Shown here piece by piece: positions 58,669-64,000 of a stretch of 64,000 nucleotides of DNA (position 1 is the stretch's first letter; every line of letters starts with the position of its first letter). The DNA comes from a virus. The notes below the pieces were generated by a model that worked only from the letters and a program-made list of their open reading frames with translations, was not told the DNA's origin and searched no databases. The stretch spans positions 64,001 to 128,000 of the IMG/VR virus record IMGVR_UViG_3300028569_002586; one strand, written 5' to 3'. A program made the translations under genes and the position numbers.

Positions 58669-59130
58669 ATGCTACCTCTCAGAAAAGATGACAAGTACAG
58701 GCAAGGGGTGTTTAAACCAAAAAACGCATCAAAATACATTGGTAAAACACATCCAGTCTACAGATCAGGATGGGAATTAAAATTCTTTAGATGGTGTGAT
58801 GATAACGATAACATACTGGAGTGGGCCAGTGAAGCAATTATTATACCATATACAAATCCTGTGGACGGCAAAGTGCATAGATACTACACAGATGGCGTAA
58901 TAGTTATTAAAGAGGGTGAAACAAGAGCAAGGTACATAATTGAAATTAAACCATCAAGTCAGCTCAAAGTGCCAGTCAGAGGGAAAAAGCGGCAACAAAC
59001 TGTTTTATATGAGAATCTTAGGTACATCCAGAACCAATCCAAATGGAAAGCTGCTAAAACATGGTGCGACAAACATGGTTATAAATTCTTAATCTTGACT
59101 GAAAAGGAACTAGGACTAAGTAAAAAGTAA
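58669..59130 (+). CDS. Head completion nuclease (gp4-like)
   Basis: G.FKPKN..KY.G, YRSGWE..F..WCD, W.SE...IPY..P.D...HRYY.D, EIKP, KW.AA, LTEKEL. Confidence 0.93.
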   Translation: MLPLRKDDKYRQGVFKPKNASKYIGKTHPVYRSGWELKFFRWCDDNDNILEWASEAIIIPYTNPVDGKVHRYYTDGVIVIKEGETRARYIIEIKPSSQLKVPVRGKKRQQTVLYENLRYIQNQSKWKAAKTWCDKHGYKFLILTEKELGLSKK

Positions 59131-59151
59131 CAGAAAGATATAAATAATAAT

Positions 59152-59814
59152 ATGGCGCTTCGTCTAATAGTTGAAACCCCTCAAGATAATTCTGACTTCG
59201 AGTATATCTATGAGGAGAAAAATCACAAAGAACTTTCAAAGCTTTTTATCTCCGGACCTTACATGATGTGTGAAACAGTCAATAAGAACAAGCGCATTTA
59301 CTCAAGAGATGACATGGAGAGAGAGGTGGGCCGTTATGTGGGTGAAATGGTTAATACAAAGAGAGCCATGGGTGAACTCAACCACCCTGAGAGTGCTGAT
59401 GTTAATCTGGCCAATGCATGTCACCTTGTTACATCTTTAAAGATGAATGATAATTTTGTTGTTGGCAGATCACAAGTTCTCTCCACACCCTCAGGCAAGA
59501 TTGTTGAATGTCTCATTAAGGATGGTGTCAAGGTTGGAATGTCTTCCCGTGCACTTGGCGAGCTCAAGGAAGAGAATGGTGTTAACAAGGTCAATAACAT
59601 GCGGTTGATTGCAGTTGACTGTGTTGCCGACCCATCGTGTCCAAAAGCTTTTGTTAATGGTATTCTGGAATCTAAGGAATATGTTCTCAAGGACAATGGA
59701 GAGCTTCAGGAATTTTATGATAAATTTGAAAAGTCAATTTCTAAATTACCTAAACATGATGTGGAGAGCTTCCTAAAGGAACAATTCATTAATTTCATAA
59801 GAAAAATCAAATAA
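59152..59814 (+). CDS. Prohead core protease (gp21-like)
   Basis: NKNKRIY, GELNHP, TPSGKI, GMSSRALG, D.VADPS...AFVNGILE. Confidence 0.95.
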   Translation: MALRLIVETPQDNSDFEYIYEEKNHKELSKLFISGPYMMCETVNKNKRIYSRDDMEREVGRYVGEMVNTKRAMGELNHPESADVNLANACHLVTSLKMNDNFVVGRSQVLSTPSGKIVECLIKDGVKVGMSSRALGELKEENGVNKVNNMRLIAVDCVADPSCPKAFVNGILESKEYVLKDNGELQEFYDKFEKSISKLPKHDVESFLKEQFINFIRKIK

Positions 59815-59830
59815 ATAGATAAATATCATT

Positions 59831-59995
59831 ATGAGCGACAAAAATAACAATAAAGGCGTAGAACAAAACATTCTTGCATTTATTAAGAACATTTCTCAAA
59901 AAAATTACTCTGAAGCAAATAAATACTTACAAGAGGTACTTGATTCTAAATTAAAGAATAGAATTAAAACATCCTCAGAGAATAAATTATATTAA
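59831..59995 (+). CDS. Small prohead core protein (gp67-like), 54 aa
   Basis: Below the ORF-track cutoff; translated by hand as MSDKNNNKGVEQNILAFIKNISQKNYSEANKYLQEVLDSKLKNRIKTSSENKLY. TAAATA 5 nt upstream; lies between gp21 and gp22. Confidence 0.65.
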   Translation: MSDKNNNKGVEQNILAFIKNISQKNYSEANKYLQEVLDSKLKNRIKTSSENKLY

Positions 59996-59996
59996 C

Positions 59997-60872
59997 ATGA
60001 GCACAATCATAGACGTACTAAAAGAAGCAACAAAAGACATTCTTTCTGAAGAAACATTGAAAGATATTGAGACAGTATTTAACACCTCAGTAAATGAGAA
60101 AGTTGAATTGCATGTAAATAAAGCCTTAACAGAGCAGGATGCAGATTATGCTTCTAAGCTAGAAAAGCTTGTTGAAGCCATTGATAGTGATCATACTGAC
60201 AAGCTCAAGAAAGTCGTTGAAGCAATTGATGCAGATCGTGCAAACAAGCTCAAAGCTGTTGTTGAAAAGTATGAAAACGCTCTCAAGAATGAAGCTAGCA
60301 AGTTCAAAGGAACACTAGTAAATAACATTTCCAAATATCTAGAACTTTATCTAGATGAAAAACTACCTGTTACAGCTGTTAATGAAGCTGTAAAAAACAA
60401 GAAAGCTCAAAATGTTCTTGAAGGTATCAGAAAAACTCTCGCCGTTGACATGGCATTCTCCAAAGATAGCATCAAGGAAGCCGTTGTTGAAGGTAAGAAC
60501 AGACTCGATGAAGCTGCAAAGCAGCTTGAAGCCTCCAATGCGAAAGCAACAGCTCTTGAAAAAGAGCTAACAAAATTAAAGGCAGAACTTACTCTTGAAC
60601 AAAAAGTTCAAGGATTAGATGAAGAAAGAAAAACATACGTAAAAAAGATGTTTTCTGGAAAATCTGACAAGTTCATAGCTGAAAATTTTGACTACGCAGT
60701 GGGGCTTTATGAGAAGTCAGAAGAAGAACAAGTTGATTCCCTAAAAGAGGAAGCAGTAAATGATGCTGTTTCTGCCAAAGTGGATCGTCCTGTTATTGCA
60801 GAGTCTGTAGCCAGGCCAGTTAATGAAGACCCTGCCTTCAATAATTACCTATCTGAATTAGGTAAGTACTAA
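59997..60872 (+). CDS. Prohead scaffolding protein (gp22-like)
   Basis: Acidic coiled coil, I.TVF...V, ..YL..Y; directly before the major capsid gene. Confidence 0.88.
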   Translation: MSTIIDVLKEATKDILSEETLKDIETVFNTSVNEKVELHVNKALTEQDADYASKLEKLVEAIDSDHTDKLKKVVEAIDADRANKLKAVVEKYENALKNEASKFKGTLVNNISKYLELYLDEKLPVTAVNEAVKNKKAQNVLEGIRKTLAVDMAFSKDSIKEAVVEGKNRLDEAAKQLEASNAKATALEKELTKLKAELTLEQKVQGLDEERKTYVKKMFSGKSDKFIAENFDYAVGLYEKSEEEQVDSLKEEAVNDAVSAKVDRPVIAESVARPVNEDPAFNNYLSELGKY

Positions 60873-60941
60873 TTTCTCTGAGGCATTAAGCCTGAACAGA
60901 AACAATAAGGTCGACAATTTACAAAGGAAATACATATTATT

Positions 60942-62411
60942 ATGTCAAAATCTATTCGTCCTTCGCAGTCTTACATCAGTGAAGATCGCGCTAAACTATT
61001 AACAGAGAAGTGGGCTCCAGTATTGGATTACACATCTGCTAATGTTGCAGCAATCGAAGACGACCATACTCGCTTAAACACTGCTATCCTCTTGGAAAAC
61101 CAAGAGAAGTGGTGCATGGAAGCTAACACTGCCGGTCCTGGTTCCACTCTTGGTTCTTGGACAGATGTTGGGAATCAGTTCCCTTCACAAAACGACAGCG
61201 GTTACGCCCCAGGTGATTACCGTCTTCCAAAGATCCTCATTCCGATGATTAGACGTACCTTCCCTGAGTTGATCACTAACGAAATCGTTGGTGTTCAGCC
61301 CATGAGTGGTCCAGTTGGTCTTGCCTTCGCCCTCCGTTATAAATACGAAGGTGCCGCTCTTGGCTCACAGATCAACAGTGGTGACGCAGCTCCTAACGTC
61401 AGTGGTCCCGTTGGTGGTCCTCAGTCCCAGTCTGATGGTGCAGAACTCGGTTATCAGTATCTAGATTCTAGATTCACTGGTACCTCTGCTTCCAATCTTT
61501 CTGGAAATGCAGACTTCTCAATGGTTGCTAGTGATCAGGGTGTTGCTCAGTTGCTTGCCAACTTTGAGCTCACATCCAAGATCCCTCAGATCGTAGTTAG
61601 CTTCGAAAAGACAGCCGTTGAGGCTGGTACTCGTAGGCTCGCTGCCCGCTGGTCCGTTGAACTCGAGCAGGATTTGAAGAACATGAACGGTATTGATATC
61701 GACACTGAGCTCACAAACGCTATGTCTTATGAGCTACAGGCCGAAATCGATCGTGAAATGATCATCAGAATGATCCAGACAGCTCTTAACGGTGGCTTCG
61801 GCCGCGGTTATTCTATCTGGTCTCCTGCTTCAGCAGATGGCCGTTGGTTGGTTGAACGTAACCGTGACTTCTATCAGAGACTCATCATCGAAGCTAATCG
61901 TATTGCCGTTCGTAATCGCCGTGGTAGCGCCAACTTTGTTGTTGCTACTCCTCGCGTTTGCGCAATCTTGGAAATGCTCCCTGAATTTCAGTGGGTACCA
62001 GTCCAGGGTAACGTTAATACCCAGCCCGTCGGAGTCGCTAAGGTTGGTACACTCGCTGGTAGATTCAATGTATATCGTGACACACGTACAGAGGCACAAT
62101 TTGAAGCCGCTGGTGGTGGAAACTACGCCGGAAACGCCGCAGCTCCCGTCACCCGTAATGCTCGTCTTGAGTACGCCCTATTGGGCTACAAGGGACCAGA
62201 GTTTTACGACACTGGTATCATCTATTGCCCATACATCCCTGTCATGGTACAAAGAACAATTGGACCCAATGATTTCGCTCCCCGTGTTGGTCTCTTGACC
62301 CGCTACGGTGTTGTCGATAACATCTTTGGTGCCAACTTGTACTACCACGTTATCATCCTGCAGGGTCTCGGCACTGCGTTCCAGCCTGGATTGCAGTCTG
62401 TTTACTTCTAA
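60942..62411 (+). CDS. Major capsid protein (gp23-like)
   Basis: KWAPVLD, LLENQE, RR.FP.LI...IVGVQPMSGP.GL.FALR, ELEQDLK, EIDRE, YCPYIP, TRYG. Confidence 0.98.
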   Translation: MSKSIRPSQSYISEDRAKLLTEKWAPVLDYTSANVAAIEDDHTRLNTAILLENQEKWCMEANTAGPGSTLGSWTDVGNQFPSQNDSGYAPGDYRLPKILIPMIRRTFPELITNEIVGVQPMSGPVGLAFALRYKYEGAALGSQINSGDAAPNVSGPVGGPQSQSDGAELGYQYLDSRFTGTSASNLSGNADFSMVASDQGVAQLLANFELTSKIPQIVVSFEKTAVEAGTRRLAARWSVELEQDLKNMNGIDIDTELTNAMSYELQAEIDREMIIRMIQTALNGGFGRGYSIWSPASADGRWLVERNRDFYQRLIIEANRIAVRNRRGSANFVVATPRVCAILEMLPEFQWVPVQGNVNTQPVGVAKVGTLAGRFNVYRDTRTEAQFEAAGGGNYAGNAAAPVTRNARLEYALLGYKGPEFYDTGIIYCPYIPVMVQRTIGPNDFAPRVGLLTRYGVVDNIFGANLYYHVIILQGLGTAFQPGLQSVYF

Positions 62412-62470
62412 AAAAAGTAGACAGAGATCATAAAAGAAAGCAATTTCACCTAGTCAGTCCTAGGAAATTT

Positions 62471-62504
62471 AAAAAAGGGCCTCTTGCGGGGCCCTTTTTT
62501 TTTT
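62471..62504 (+). terminator. Intrinsic terminator after gp23
   Basis: A6-GGGCCTC-TTGC-GGGGCCC-T10. Confidence 0.9.
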
Positions 62505-62546
62505 GTTAAATTATAAAAATAAAGACACAAGAGAATAAATATTTGT

Positions 62547-63068
62547 ATGGCCTTACTAACATCTTCACTGTCTTCACAAGCTACTAACACTAGCACATAC
62601 AACCCAGTTAACTCTGCTTTCACAGGCACAGTGACTGTTTCTGGTCAAATTGATCCTAGATTCAATGGTTCTTTATCTGGTAGCAGCTATGCTTTTAGCG
62701 GAACGTTTAGTTACAGTGTAACAGGTGCTGCAGGTAGCACATTGACTGCTGGTGCAAATCAGTTGGTATTAACCATTCCTTTTGCTGGTGGTTCAAATGT
62801 AGCTTATGGTGCTTTGCAAGGTAATAGCGTATACTTCCCTGGTTCAAGTGCTGCAAACATTGTTGTAGGTTTCAGTGCACCTTTAAACAACACCACAATA
62901 AGTGTTTCAGCAAATAGAGCTGCAGCATCTCTTCCATCTAGTAATGGATTTGTTAATCAAATTGATGTGCCTTATAAGACTACCAGTACTGATACAGCTC
63001 TAGGTGCTAATAACGTCACCTTCCGTACTGTGGGTGACTTCTTGAGACTCTGGAGTCTCAACGGTTAA
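62547..63068 (+). CDS. Putative virion structural or decoration protein (S/T/G/A-rich)
   Basis: TAAATA at 62536-62541, 5 nt before ATG; follows the major capsid gene; almost no charged residues. Confidence 0.6.
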   Translation: MALLTSSLSSQATNTSTYNPVNSAFTGTVTVSGQIDPRFNGSLSGSSYAFSGTFSYSVTGAAGSTLTAGANQLVLTIPFAGGSNVAYGALQGNSVYFPGSSAANIVVGFSAPLNNTTISVSANRAAASLPSSNGFVNQIDVPYKTTSTDTALGANNVTFRTVGDFLRLWSLNG

Positions 63069-63989
63069 TTATTGTCTAACTGTTTTAGTAAAGTACTTCC
63101 GCTCATCCCACAAGGCGCTGTTCTGTTTGAGTAATTCCTGACTGCTGGCCCTGATAGGATTGATGTCAATACCACCGCGCCTCACATACAAGCAAGCCAC
63201 CATCAATTCCTCTGGCTTGACCAAGTCATATAAACGCTTGTAAATGGTCTCACAAATTTCTTCATGGAAATGACATTCATCCCTAAATGAGACTATGTAT
63301 TGCAGCAAAGAAGTCTGATTGAGTTCATAAGGTCCTTTGTAATGAATATAAACATCCCCCCAATCTGGTTGGGATGTGACCCTGCAATTACTCTTTAACA
63401 GGGCTGAATGATATCTCTGCACGCGACTTGTAGTCCCATTCACCCAACTAATCAGAGAGGGATCTTCATTATAACCTCTGGACTTGATGGTCGTTACATC
63501 AATATAATTCTCCATGGTGGGGTAGTGACGAGTGGCAAACAACGGTGGGTAGTAGATTGAGTCATCAATTGCTTGAGTGAGTTGCACAGACACCCGAACA
63601 TCTGTTTCAAGTAACTTGGACAAATCAGATTGCATGACTGCTTCAAGTTGCTGCAATACCCTTACAATATTACCTTGATACGTTTCCATGTTAAACGAAT
63701 TCATGTACAGTTTTATGGACTTGGACTCCACAATGTACTTGTTAGTGGCAGGATAAACAACCTTAGCAATAGCAGCAATGGGCATTCCTTCGTTTGTTAG
63801 GCAAGATACTTCATAAGCATTCCAGGTATCATATCCACAGAAAGGAGGATTTTCATCACTAATGCCCAGATGCTTTCTGTTGTTAGCTCTGGGCTCGCGA
63901 ACCAAGAGCGAGGGGTCATAGGTGCACTTGTACCCTGTTATTCTGCCAAGATGCTTTGATATGTTACTGTTATCTAATTCCGTGTTCAT
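63069..63989 (-). CDS. queF: NADPH-dependent 7-cyano-7-deazaguanine reductase (bimodular type)
   Basis: YDPSLL, D.WNAYEVS.L, QueF motif ESKSIKLY, catalytic KSNCRVTSQPDW, FHEE..E, RRGGIDINP.R. Confidence 0.95.
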   Translation of the reverse strand: MNTELDNSNISKHLGRITGYKCTYDPSLLVREPRANNRKHLGISDENPPFCGYDTWNAYEVSCLTNEGMPIAAIAKVVYPATNKYIVESKSIKLYMNSFNMETYQGNIVRVLQQLEAVMQSDLSKLLETDVRVSVQLTQAIDDSIYYPPLFATRHYPTMENYIDVTTIKSRGYNEDPSLISWVNGTTSRVQRYHSALLKSNCRVTSQPDWGDVYIHYKGPYELNQTSLLQYIVSFRDECHFHEEICETIYKRLYDLVKPEELMVACLYVRRGGIDINPIRASSQELLKQNSALWDERKYFTKTVRQ

Positions 63990-64000
63990 TAAGTTTTATT

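Noticed and set aside
61792-62298. 168-aa alternative-frame ORF inside gp23
   Set aside because: Expected by-product of the biased, GC-richer codon usage of gp23; no start signal.
1-64000. Stop-codon reassignment (alternative genetic code)
   Set aside because: Core genes are full length in the standard code, and TAA, TGA and TAG all end genes (for example TAG for gp46 and ORF 46471).
1-64000. CRISPR array, tRNA or rRNA genes
   Set aside because: No spaced direct repeats or cloverleaf-like segments seen; intergenic gaps are mostly under 60 bp. A tRNAscan/Rfam run would be needed to be certain.

Overview
64 kb of an AT-rich, T4-like (Caudoviricetes, myovirus-type) large phage genome, standard genetic code, nearly fully coding. 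It holds the T4 core in shuffled order: sheath (partial), gp3, terminase, gp14, primase, clamp, SSB, helicase, UvsX, DNA polymerase B, gp46/47, gp55, UvsW/UvsY, gp62, gp15, portal, gp13, gp4, gp21, gp67-like, gp22 and gp23. It also has a dispersed 7-deazaguanine pathway (folE, queD, queE, queC, queF, plus a stand-alone class II glutamine amidotransferase; no tgt/dpdA recognised in the window), a ribosomal protein bS21 homologue, phoH, a GroES-like protein and an ~11 kb glycan-synthesis island. Main findings read directly from the sequence: (1) an 85-aa gene that copies the N-arm of this phage's own major capsid protein, with a polybasic insert; (2) TAAATA late promoters and TTGnnn-16-TAnnnT promoters placed 5-8 nt before start codons, implying largely leaderless mRNAs in a bS21-encoding phage; (3) a group of late proteins with T4 capsid-targeting-like N-termini, including a ligase-like/HIGH-nucleotidyltransferase pair. 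All family assignments come from motif recognition by eye; no database searches were run.
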